Origin: a virus
Lineage: Duplodnaviria > Caudoviricetes
Length of the DNA stretch: 64,000 nucleotides
Reading direction: 5' to 3' (one strand)
Virus record (IMG/VR): IMGVR_UViG_3300009095_000011
Span: 50,227-114,226 of that record
Shown: positions 48,717 to 57,328 of the stretch, piece after piece
How the letters are laid out: each line of letters begins with the position of its first letter
How positions within the stretch are numbered: position 1 is the stretch's first letter
Position numbers and translations under genes: made by a program
Notes under the pieces: generated by a model
What the model was told of the DNA's origin: nothing
Database searches by the model: none
What the model saw: only the letters and a program-made list of their open reading frames with translations

Positions 48717-49225
48717 TACTCAGATATATTTTTCAACACATATTGTCTTAGATCTTCTGTTACTCTGATTGCTTCCCATTCTGTCTCAGGAAGATCAAGT
48801 TCTTTGGCTACTTTTTGAAGAGATTTAAATCTCATGCCTTTTATTTCTTCAATTAGTTCATTGTCTACTTGTTGCTCGAATGTTTCAGAAGCAACCGTTT
48901 CTGATTGCAATACTTCTTTGTTGTTTTCATCTTCAACTTGTGCAAGGCCACTGGTTACTGTTTCAAGCTCTTCATCCTTCTGTTCAATCTTTTTGATTTC
49001 ATCATTTTGATTAGCAGTAATGGGTTCAGTGTAAACTTTTACCTCTTGTTCTGTCTTATAGAGGCCCATAAATTCAAAACGGGGATGGGATAATATTTGA
49101 TATTGCTCATCTGTGATTTGCGCTACTCCATCTTTATCAAATGAAATAGTTCCAGCACTTGTTGTAGTCGTTTGTCCTTTGTAATGATTTTTGTTTGTTT
49201 TAATCACTATAGCCATAGTTTGCAA
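48716..49225 (-). CDS. Hypothetical acidic protein, possibly head-associated
   Basis: E/Q-rich linker with a short C-terminal helical domain. Confidence 0.5.
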   Translation of the reverse strand: MQTMAIVIKTNKNHYKGQTTTTSAGTISFDKDGVAQITDEQYQILSHPRFEFMGLYKTEQEVKVYTEPITANQNDEIKKIEQKDEELETVTSGLAQVEDENNKEVLQSETVASETFEQQVDNELIEEIKGMRFKSLQKVAKELDLPETEWEAIRVTEDLRQYVLKNISE

Positions 49226-49275
49226 TTTTTATTTATTTGTGTAAATATAAGGATTATTATTGAGAATAAGAAATG

Positions 49276-50289
49276 TTAGGTAAGGTATTTCCAAACAAGA
49301 CCATGAAAAACTTTTGGATAATTAGTAATATAATGCTTTATACACTTTTTACCAAATTGTTCTTTGGCTTGCTTTAAAGAAATCCATTCATGAATCAATT
49401 CATTTGTGTCTGGATTAAATGCACCTACCCTCTTATGATTTGGATTATTATCACCTATTTTTTCTAACCATTTATATCTCGAATTACTTTTCCTTTGTTT
49501 GGTTTGGGGAGAATTTCTAACCTCTATTTGCATCTGTCTCCATTCTGGATCATTCCATAAATTATTCATTACCTTTGCTTGATCTTTCTTTCTATCTTCA
49601 TTATGTTGCCTCATTTTATCTCTAAACTCAGGATCTTGCCATCTTTTCTTCATCCATTCTGAACATTTCTTTAATCTTTCAGGATCATTGGCAACATTCT
49701 TATTCCACCATTTTTTATATTCTGAATCAGAAAATCTTTCTTTTACAATAGAAGAAATCTTATTTCTAAATTCTTGTGTTTTCCAAAGTTCTCTGTGTCT
49801 ATTTGATGCATTTTCTAACCACTCTTTGGATTTCCTAATCTTCATTTGTTTCTCAATATAATCAGAATCTTGCCATAATTTTAATACATTTTGTCTATTT
49901 CTTTCTATTTGTTCCTCATTGGCTTTCCATCCTATAGTTCTGCCAGCAGTTGGCGACAAATTATAACATTCGGTTACAAATCTACCCCTACCTGTTTGTA
50001 TATATATTTGTGCATCAGCTATATCATCAAGATAAGATTGCTCTCTTATTATTAACTGAAATTCATCATCAATAATTTCAAGAATATTAAATTCAAAATT
50101 ATCTGCACCATATTTATTCCAAGCATTTTGAAGATATCTATTAACATGATCATTTCTTTCTAATGCAGTCCTATGTTGACCAAATCTATCACTAAAATCA
50201 TTAGTTGATCCTATATAAAACTTTTTATTGATCTTATTTTCTATACAATATATTCCACCCATTAGTACAAAATAAAGCAAAAATATCAA
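49276..50289 (-). CDS. GIY-YIG homing endonuclease with helical W-x-D-x-E repeats; likely start MGGIY at 50262
   Basis: GIYCIEN..FYIGS..R..H, LQNAWNKYG, REQSYLD, YNL; repeats LWQDSDY/LWKTQEFR/RWQDPEFR/LWNDPEWR. Confidence 0.85.
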   Translation of the reverse strand: MIFLLYFVLMGGIYCIENKINKKFYIGSTNDFSDRFGQHRTALERNDHVNRYLQNAWNKYGADNFEFNILEIIDDEFQLIIREQSYLDDIADAQIYIQTGRGRFVTECYNLSPTAGRTIGWKANEEQIERNRQNVLKLWQDSDYIEKQMKIRKSKEWLENASNRHRELWKTQEFRNKISSIVKERFSDSEYKKWWNKNVANDPERLKKCSEWMKKRWQDPEFRDKMRQHNEDRKKDQAKVMNNLWNDPEWRQMQIEVRNSPQTKQRKSNSRYKWLEKIGDNNPNHKRVGAFNPDTNELIHEWISLKQAKEQFGKKCIKHYITNYPKVFHGLVWKYLT

Positions 50290-50295
50290 TAAAAC

Positions 50296-50325
50296 AAAAA
50301 ATAAGGGGTAGGTTATACCCCTTAT
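50296..50325 (-). terminator. Intrinsic terminator after the capsid gene
   Basis: ATAAGGGGTA-loop-TACCCCTTAT followed by a T run. Confidence 0.8.
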
Positions 50326-50343
50326 TAGATTAAATATTATTTA

Positions 50344-51864
50344 TTAAGAAGGCGCCGTCCATCTACCAATATTCCTGAACCTTACTACCTTTCTTGGGCT
50401 TGTAAGCCAATGAGTGAAATAAAGAAGGATCATAAACCTATACGCAGGTGAAACTATCGCCAAGTCCAATTTAAGTAATGGCGCAAGTTGCTTAATTTCA
50501 AACGTATTAGGAGTATCACTAATAAATGCCTGTTGAGTGTTAGCAATAAAGTGATTTCTATCTCTTACTTTGCCAGCAGCGCCACCATCAAATCCATTCG
50601 TTACCTCAGTAGTAGATACCTTGAAGATAGGATAGAATTTAGCAGTGGTATAAGCAGAAGCGTCCTTTTCAGTCCTATAAATTACATATCCAGTTGCAGG
50701 ATTTGCTCCACCACCAGAAGTAAAAGTTAAATCTACAGACTGGCCAGCAGTTGGTGATATAGAAGAAGTATCCAATATAGTCATTGCACTTTCGCCATAT
50801 CTATTGATTGCCCTCACTCCATACCAATATGCACCAGCATCACCAGCTGCAAATTCACTTGCAGCACTATCACTTGCAGCAGCAGGAACGCTACCAGCTA
50901 CAGGAGCAGCAGGAGCTTTGAGACTATTTGCACCTTCATTGTATGCTACACCTTTAGATTCTTGCAAGAAAATGTCATGCATTAAATCAACATCTCCAAA
51001 AGACATTGTTACATGCTTAGGATAGCTAATGTTTGTTTCAACATTGTATCCACCATTATTGCCACCTAAGATAATTCTTTGTTTTTGATAGTAGTCTTTA
51101 CCAAAATCACTAAGAACAACAGGAGGGGCAAATAAATGAGTTGCTTGTCCAAAGTTTTCAAGAATAACTCGTCCAGCATCTTCAATAACTTCTTGAGTTA
51201 GAGATGCTCCTTTAAGGTCAACTACTACTTCATCATTATAATAAGAAGTAAGGTTGGTGTTGATTCCTAATTGATGTTGTTTGTATACACCATTGATTTC
51301 AGTTGAGATGATATTTTCATCTCCAAATGCCAATGCCCTGTTTGCTTTTCTAAGCAACCACATTGTGCCATTGTTGATTTCCCTCTGAATTACATCACCA
51401 TGTGCTGATCGTACTAAGGTCATAGGGTGCGTTACGGCCCTGGTTACACCATAGTACTTCACTTTCTCAGCACGTCTGATGTAAGTCGAATCTTCTTCTT
51501 CCGGCAATTCACCTTCTAAATAAGATCCACCTCTTTCAACACCATAGCTGGAAAGTTGATTGAATTCTTCTACTGTATTGAATGCAGCAGATTTAGGGAA
51601 AGCTCTCCATAAACGAATATCACTGTCGCGGAAAGTTAAAAGTTTTAAAGTCCTCTCAAGACTTTCAGGTTTTAAAGCAGCACCCTGTCCAGGTATTGCA
51701 CTATTTACTGATGCACCACCAGTAATAGATCCAGCAGACAAAGCCTTGTTTAATTCTGCAAGTGCTTCAGCTGTTTGTGGAGTTTGATTTAATGCATCTT
51801 CACCAAACCCTTGAGAGCCGTGTGAGAAGTCTGCATAATCTCCTAAAGAAATTCCTAAACTCAT
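50344..51864 (-). CDS. Major capsid protein (Herelleviridae/SPO1-like)
   Basis: GAALKPESLE..LK.LT, AFNTVEEF, EEDSTYIR, QLAPLLKLDLA; FN3-like insertion. Confidence 0.88.
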   Translation of the reverse strand: MSLGISLGDYADFSHGSQGFGEDALNQTPQTAEALAELNKALSAGSITGGASVNSAIPGQGAALKPESLERTLKLLTFRDSDIRLWRAFPKSAAFNTVEEFNQLSSYGVERGGSYLEGELPEEEDSTYIRRAEKVKYYGVTRAVTHPMTLVRSAHGDVIQREINNGTMWLLRKANRALAFGDENIISTEINGVYKQHQLGINTNLTSYYNDEVVVDLKGASLTQEVIEDAGRVILENFGQATHLFAPPVVLSDFGKDYYQKQRIILGGNNGGYNVETNISYPKHVTMSFGDVDLMHDIFLQESKGVAYNEGANSLKAPAAPVAGSVPAAASDSAASEFAAGDAGAYWYGVRAINRYGESAMTILDTSSISPTAGQSVDLTFTSGGGANPATGYVIYRTEKDASAYTTAKFYPIFKVSTTEVTNGFDGGAAGKVRDRNHFIANTQQAFISDTPNTFEIKQLAPLLKLDLAIVSPAYRFMILLYFTHWLTSPRKVVRFRNIGRWTAPS

Positions 51865-51951
51865 TTAATAAATTGTTTACATAAAACATATTACCAACAA
51901 TTATTGATGAGTTTAGCTCATCTTTACGATTTTTAAATATTTTAATAGCAA

Positions 51952-52224
51952 TTACTCTTTTGTAACTACTTTTGAGATCTTTTCTTTTGTTGCTTGCCAA
52001 AATGCTACAGCAGCAGCTACAAGTGCAATTGATTCATCATAAAATTCACTTGCAGTTCCGGTAGTAGAATTAATTATATCATTTATAACATCAACATCAA
52101 TTCCTAATTCAGGAGCAATAAAAACAAAGGTGGAAATTAATATTCCTAATACTTTCTTTGAATTGACCCAATTTAAAAACTTAGACCATAATACATCAAC
52201 TTGACCTGGTTGTAATTTACTCAT
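51952..52224 (-). CDS. Small membrane protein (holin-like)
   Basis: Two hydrophobic segments and a basic C-terminus. Confidence 0.4.
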   Translation of the reverse strand: MSKLQPGQVDVLWSKFLNWVNSKKVLGILISTFVFIAPELGIDVDVINDIINSTTGTASEFYDESIALVAAAVAFWQATKEKISKVVTKE

Positions 52225-52240
52225 GTGTGTGTTGTTTTTA

Positions 52241-54076
52241 TTACTGAACCAATGTTATTCCTTTTTCTTTGAACTTATTAATCATACCCTGCCCCACTTG
52301 TCCGGTTGATTCATAAGTTGCTATTTCATTAGCAAACGCAAATTCGTTGCCATACCCCTTTCTTATATCATCGCTATTCCAATCAATCATTGAATCAGCT
52401 TTTGAAAGAATCTGTGCTTTATGCTGAGTTACTGACAAGGAGGTTCCTTTATTTAATTCATCTTCTTGTCCCTTTTCAATGAAACTTTTTGTAATAATTG
52501 ATTTTCTACCTTGAGATTTATTTTCAAGCTCTTGTTTTTCTTGTTCAGATTTAAACAGCTTATTTTTTAAATCTTCATTCTGTTCCAAGATTGCCTTATT
52601 GATCTCTCCTATTGCGCTGAACTTTTCATTAAATTGATCTTGCATTCCTTTGATGAGAGTTTCAATACCACTAAAGTCTACAATAGGAGCAGTAATTTCT
52701 TGTGATTTTTCAATTGTTGCCTGTGGTTTGATCTGAGCTTCTTTCTTAGCTTTAAGATCAGCAAGAGATTGTTCGGCTTTTAAAATTTCATCATCTATGT
52801 TTTCAGTTACTTCTTCTGACTTTTCAATTTCGCCCCCACCTTCTTTATTCTCATTAACAACATCCTCAGACTTTTTTACTTCTCCACACATGCCGTAAGC
52901 CTTTTCCATATCTTCATCTTTTGAATCCTTATAGTCATCGCTTTCTTTCATTGCTTTGAAGATATCTTCTTTAGTCATACCTTTCTCCATATAACTTTTC
53001 ATAGTAGATGCCATTTTTTCAAGCACTTGTTCTGCTCCACCTTGAGTTTTTTGATCAAGTGAAGGCATACCACCTTTTTGTAAATTTTCTGTAGATTGTT
53101 GAGAAAGGATTTCTAATGTATTGAAAGCTTTTTGTAATTTTTCCTCAGTGAGTTCAGCCATTGTATCATTTTGACTTTTCTGAAAGTATTCGATGTAAGT
53201 GTACAATTGCTTTGCTGAGTCTATTGTTACATGGTCTATATTGTCAAAAATATAGTCGTAAACTTCGGACTTGCTTAAATTTTGGTTAAATTTATCACTT
53301 TTATTTTTAATAAAAAAATTTTTCTTTGATTTTTTTTGCTTTTCTAATTCAATCACATCACTTTCGAGAGATTCTTTTCTCAAAGGTGCTGCACTTGTAG
53401 TATCCATTGCTTTATCTATTTTTATTTCAAAGTCTTTGGATACTGTTATTCTATTTCCATTTTCATCTGTGATATCAAGAATGTATTGAGGGTTGCCACC
53501 ATTGGCAGAATGGGATTTGGATACATCTGGTTGTGGTTGCTCTATTATAGTGTCATATTGCAGTTCTTCGTCATCTTGATAAGTTGCACCTTTTGTTATT
53601 AGATTGGCCCAAGTATTACCATTCACGGGCTGATACGTGAGCGCAACGCCAGTAAGCTTACTTCTTTTGATTTTACGAGGATCAAGTCCATCTCTTTCAA
53701 GTGCTCTACCTTCTATTGACATAGCAAGGCGAAGTCTGCCATTGTTTTTCTTAATAGCATCTTCTAACTGAACAAATTTTTGAACACTTTCTAATTCTGG
53801 ATATAATCTACCTTTGAGATATATGCCATCTTTTTTAGCGGCACTTTCTGTTATCTCTCCTAATATGCCAGCAGAGCCCTTGATGTGATTATCATTAATA
53901 ATAAGGAAGGAACTTAAATCTGCTCCTTGGGGATCAAGCATTTCTTCTTGAGAATCTAAATCAGGACTTGAAGCTTTTCCTTCAACTATTACTTCTTTTA
54001 TTTTGCCATCTTTTCCCTTTTCTATATGTACAGGAAGAAAGAAACGAAATTTATCTTGAGATTGAACTTGATTCAC
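52241..54076 (-). CDS. Prohead protease fused to scaffold-like region
   Basis: EGKASSPDLDSQEE, DNH, MSIEG, VALT..PVN..TWA protease motifs, then a long charged coiled-coil region. Confidence 0.85.
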   Translation of the reverse strand: MNQVQSQDKFRFFLPVHIEKGKDGKIKEVIVEGKASSPDLDSQEEMLDPQGADLSSFLIINDNHIKGSAGILGEITESAAKKDGIYLKGRLYPELESVQKFVQLEDAIKKNNGRLRLAMSIEGRALERDGLDPRKIKRSKLTGVALTYQPVNGNTWANLITKGATYQDDEELQYDTIIEQPQPDVSKSHSANGGNPQYILDITDENGNRITVSKDFEIKIDKAMDTTSAAPLRKESLESDVIELEKQKKSKKNFFIKNKSDKFNQNLSKSEVYDYIFDNIDHVTIDSAKQLYTYIEYFQKSQNDTMAELTEEKLQKAFNTLEILSQQSTENLQKGGMPSLDQKTQGGAEQVLEKMASTMKSYMEKGMTKEDIFKAMKESDDYKDSKDEDMEKAYGMCGEVKKSEDVVNENKEGGGEIEKSEEVTENIDDEILKAEQSLADLKAKKEAQIKPQATIEKSQEITAPIVDFSGIETLIKGMQDQFNEKFSAIGEINKAILEQNEDLKNKLFKSEQEKQELENKSQGRKSIITKSFIEKGQEDELNKGTSLSVTQHKAQILSKADSMIDWNSDDIRKGYGNEFAFANEIATYESTGQVGQGMINKFKEKGITLVQ

Positions 54077-54150
54077 TAAGAGTCATAAAAATATGTTTTG
54101 CAAAACAATTTGTGCTTTTATTTTGTAAAGATAGTTATTTTTTTATATAA

Positions 54151-54184
54151 CAAAAAAAATATCCCATCATTTTATTGATGGGAT
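54151..54184 (-). terminator. Intrinsic terminator closing the three-gene cassette
   Basis: ATCCCATCA-loop-TGATGGGAT followed by a T run. Confidence 0.75.
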
Positions 54185-54243
54185 GATGTATTTAAAGCGT
54201 AGCCCCTTTTTTCGTTTTTGAAATCTTGCGAAGTGATTTTAGT

Positions 54244-54516
54244 TTAAAAATTACCCCTATATCCTTGCGAATCGTACCATGTGCGTTCAACTGAATCATA
54301 AAGGGTAACTATATTGTTGTCTTCATCAAGACACACTGTAACAGCATCTTTATGTCCGCAATTGTCAGAGATATTGACGTCATAATTCATGAAAAACGTG
54401 TGTTCTCCCCATCCGGCATATGTAAAAACTACATTTTTGCCGGTCACTTTTCTGAGCAACGGCAACGGATTTTGACATTGCAAGTATTGATTTTTCAAAT
54501 TAACTGCTAAATTCAT
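54244..54516 (-). CDS. Hypothetical protein (90 aa; start corrected to MNLAVN)
   Basis: ATG at 54516 after an A-rich leader; the upstream extension of the ORF call overlaps another ORF and a hairpin. Confidence 0.55.
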   Translation of the reverse strand: MNLAVNLKNQYLQCQNPLPLLRKVTGKNVVFTYAGWGEHTFFMNYDVNISDNCGHKDAVTVCLDEDNNIVTLYDSVERTWYDSQGYRGNF

Positions 54517-54601
54517 GATTTTAAGTTTAAAAGTTCTTAATTCCTTCTGGTACGATTTAAAGCGTAGCCCTTTGAGGTGATCGCCGGGTACGCTTAGAAA
54601 A

Positions 54602-54781
54602 TTATTTAGGTTCGATTCTATTATTTGTAAGTATTGCCATTGCGGTAAATGGCGCATATCTCATAAAATCTTCATGGGTCATCAACTCAGAAAGTTCATT
54701 AAGGGCATTGTGCCTTACTTTTTCATCATCGTTTCTTACCAATGCTTTTAATTCTTCAATTCTGTTTTCTAAATCTTCCAT
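54602..54781 (-). CDS. Hypothetical protein (59 aa)
   Basis: MEDLENRIEELKALVRNDDEKVRHNALNELSEL...; leader repeat shared with the ORF starting at 55047. Confidence 0.55.
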   Translation of the reverse strand: MEDLENRIEELKALVRNDDEKVRHNALNELSELMTHEDFMRYAPFTAMAILTNNRIEPK

Positions 54782-54864
54782 ATCTCTAAGCGTTTAAGTT
54801 TTCGTTCTAATTATTCGATTAAAGACCCTTTGGGGTTATCGCAGGGCTGCATTTAGAAATGTTA

Positions 54865-55047
54865 TTAATTAATACAAATAGGAATTAAATCAATATAACT
54901 TAATTGTCCCCAACTATTTTTATGTAACCATCCTATTTTGAATGTTAGTCCATCTTTTGAATAGACCAATTCTTTTTTGGTATATCCGCATCTTTCTAAG
55001 ATGATTTCGTGTGAATCATTTGTAAGGACTTCAATTCTTGTTTTCAT
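54865..55047 (-). CDS. Hypothetical protein
   Basis: First ORF after promoter copy 4. Confidence 0.55.
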   Translation of the reverse strand: MKTRIEVLTNDSHEIILERCGYTKKELVYSKDGLTFKIGWLHKNSWGQLSYIDLIPICIN

Positions 55048-55063
55048 TTCCTAAGCGTTTAGG

Positions 55064-55115
55064 TTAAACATCTAATTGATAGTATAAATATACAACTTAT
55101 ATTTTAGATGTGCAA
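55064..55115 (-). promoter_or_regulatory. Repeated promoter + leader (copy 4), overlapping the ARH stop
   Basis: TTGCACATCTAAAATATAAGTTGTATATTTA...ATTAGATGTTTAA. Confidence 0.75.
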
Positions 55116-55955
55116 GCTATCAACAAACTTTTTTATTATTTTTTTTGCATATTGTCCATTGAGAATCTTATCAATATCACATACATCTCCATAATAAAAT
55201 CCCGACAACGAACCTGTGATTGCTGCTACTGTATCTGTGTCATAGCCTAATGATATTGCTTTAATGATTGAGTCTTTGTAATTATTAGTATTGAGAAAAC
55301 ACCACAATGCAGCTTCTAAAGTAGTTTTTACAAATCCTTGTGTATCGAGATCACTTTCTTTCAATTGGTTTATTTTCTGAAACAAACAAGAATCTAATCG
55401 AATTAACGCATCCCATTTGCCTAATCCACTCATAAGTAAATGAAAATAATCAACATACTCAAAACAAGTACTTATTGATATTGTGTGATCATGGGTTATT
55501 GAAGAAAGTTTCATTATTACAGAATGTAGTAAAAATGAATCCATTCTATAAGTATATAGGGCAATTGGAAGCATTCGCATTAGTGATCCATTGCCATTGC
55601 TATTAATGTCAGTTCCTGGCCTATTATCTCTTAATGCTTGTAAGGTTGTGTTTCCTATATCGAATACTACATTATCTGATGTATATTTGGCATTATTAAG
55701 CCACTGGCAGAACTTTTTCTTAATGTCTAATGGATTAATGCCATTTTGTTCATTAATTGAATCTATGGTGGCTAAAACAAGTGAGGTGTCATCTGACCAA
55801 GATCCTAATGGTTGATTATGCGAACCACCAGAAGTTAGTTGTATTGGGCGCTTTATTCTTTCGGGCGGTATAAACTCGTAGGGGACACCATAAATGTCCC
55901 CTACTATAAATCCTAAAAGAGCATCGGTTGCTTTATTCTTTAGATTTCTTTTCAT
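55104..55955 (-). CDS. ADP-ribosylglycohydrolase (DraG/ARH family)
   Basis: GDIYG, WSDDT, GNGSLMR, SITH, DTDTVAAITG. Confidence 0.92.
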   Translation of the reverse strand: MKRNLKNKATDALLGFIVGDIYGVPYEFIPPERIKRPIQLTSGGSHNQPLGSWSDDTSLVLATIDSINEQNGINPLDIKKKFCQWLNNAKYTSDNVVFDIGNTTLQALRDNRPGTDINSNGNGSLMRMLPIALYTYRMDSFLLHSVIMKLSSITHDHTISISTCFEYVDYFHLLMSGLGKWDALIRLDSCLFQKINQLKESDLDTQGFVKTTLEAALWCFLNTNNYKDSIIKAISLGYDTDTVAAITGSLSGFYYGDVCDIDKILNGQYAKKIIKKFVDSLHI

Positions 55956-56039
55956 CTTTCTGTTTTACGGTTTTTATTTTTACTGGCTCTGATGATTGCA
56001 TCTTTTTAGCCAAATTTGATTTTTCTTTATCTGTCATGA

Positions 56040-56255
56040 TTAATCTATTTTTCTATCGTAAGATAATTTCTTCATCCACCCATTATGCTTAAATAACACA
56101 TTTCCAGATTGCATGGATGTTGTCACATTCGTAACCGCACCCTTATCAATCACCCCTTTATAATCAAATTCTAATTCGTCTTGTGATTTGGTGCTAATCA
56201 CATCGAAAGTATTGAAAGAATTCGTTGTGACTGTGAATAATCTGTAAGTTTCCAT
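56040..56255 (-). CDS. Hypothetical protein
   Basis: 71-aa ORF after promoter copy 5. Confidence 0.55.
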   Translation of the reverse strand: METYRLFTVTTNSFNTFDVISTKSQDELEFDYKGVIDKGAVTNVTTSMQSGNVLFKHNGWMKKLSYDRKID

Positions 56256-56271
56256 TTTTCTTTACATTTAG

Positions 56272-56322
56272 TTAAACATCTAATTGATACTTAAATATAG
56301 CTCTTTTATTTATCAATTGCAA
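56272..56322 (-). promoter_or_regulatory. Repeated promoter + leader (copy 5)
   Basis: TTGCA-N18-TATATTTA...ATTAGATGTTTAA. Confidence 0.7.
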
Positions 56323-57328
56323 GCAAATCACTATATTTTTGTAGATCATTTTCATTAATATTTCTTACAAAAAGGTCGATTAGTTGTGATTTTGAAATGT
56401 ATGGCTCTCCTGATAGTGCAATAATATCGTGTTCGCTTTTTGAAATTTGTTCACTCACTTCTTCAAGTTCAATTTCAAGTGCTAATATTTGTCCCTTGAT
56501 TGCTCCTGATTTACCTTTTTCAGCTTTTATTTTCTTGATTTTAAATTGAGTTCCGGATTTGAATAATATTTCCTTTTCTCCTGGAAAATCAGATAAGCCA
56601 GATACATCTTTGCCAGTTTTTGAAATAACTTTATATTTTATATCACCTGGAAAATTATTACTTGCTATTGAATTATCTTGACTTGTTGACAAGAAAGCAT
56701 CCATTTGAATATTTCCATCTTTTTTGGCATTAGTATATTCTTCATAGATTTCATTAATATCTTTCCAAGATTGAGTTGATCTATATACTTCGCCCTCATG
56801 ATTGTCTAATTTATCAAGTACTTCATTAAGCATACTTGCATATTCTTTTATTTCTTCGCTTGGATTTTTCTTCATCAATCCCTGATTAACCGGCATATAT
56901 CCACCTCCAGTATAATTAAATAAAGTCGCTGCATGCTCATCTGATATATCTTCTCTTTTTAACAAAGGGAATCTGTCGTAGTCTTTCTTTTTGCGAGCTA
57001 TATTGATAACTCCCATTGATCGATCTATATCTTCATGAACAGTTCTGATTCTTTCAAATCGTTCATTGAGATTGTCTTGTTGTTTTTGTTCTTGCCCCTT
57101 ATTTTCATTAACGGCTTCTTCTTTATTTCTCCTATCTAATTCTTTATGTGCATACTCTCTAATTTTAGGATCACTGGATTCTTTTATTTGACGCTCTAAA
57201 TCTTGTCGTGAAGCATTTTTAGCATAATCTTGTAACTCTGTATCAGAATATGATTTTGGTTGCTTAGAATCGTTATTTTGCCCTTGTTTTGCATTTGATT
57301 GATCTTGCTGTCCATTACTACCATATTT
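56306..57328 (-). CDS. VIP2/C3-like (R-S-E) ADP-ribosyltransferase; in-frame continuation of the upstream zeta-ParB ORF
   Basis: YTGGGY..VN, VYRS, FLSTS, GEKEIL (ExE); frame is open from 57328, right after the TAA at 57329-57331. Confidence 0.85.
   Translation of the reverse strand, partial: KYGSNGQQDQSNAKQGQNNDSKQPKSYSDTELQDYAKNASRQDLERQIKESSDPKIREYAHKELDRRNKEEAVNENKGQEQKQQDNLNERFERIRTVHEDIDRSMGVINIARKKKDYDRFPLLKREDISDEHAATLFNYTGGGYMPVNQGLMKKNPSEEIKEYASMLNEVLDKLDNHEGEVYRSTQSWKDINEIYEEYTNAKKDGNIQMDAFLSTSQDNSIASNNFPGDIKYKVISKTGKDVSGLSDFPGEKEILFKSGTQFKIKKIKAEKGKSGAIKGQILALEIELEEVSEQISKSEHDIIALSGEPYISKSQLIDLFVRNINENDLQKYSDLLAIDK

Noticed and set aside
51800-52000. 66-aa minus-strand ORF
   Set aside because: Overlaps both the capsid start and the membrane-protein gene in another frame; likely spurious
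54517-54657. N-terminal extension of ORF 54244..54657
   Set aside because: Overlaps a better 59-aa ORF (54602..54781) and an intergenic hairpin; ATG 54516 is the more plausible start
55976-56037. Hammerhead ribozyme at the plus-strand CTGATGA near 55989
   Set aside because: No matching GAAA core or stems; the region reads as a 20-codon minus-strand mini-ORF or spacer
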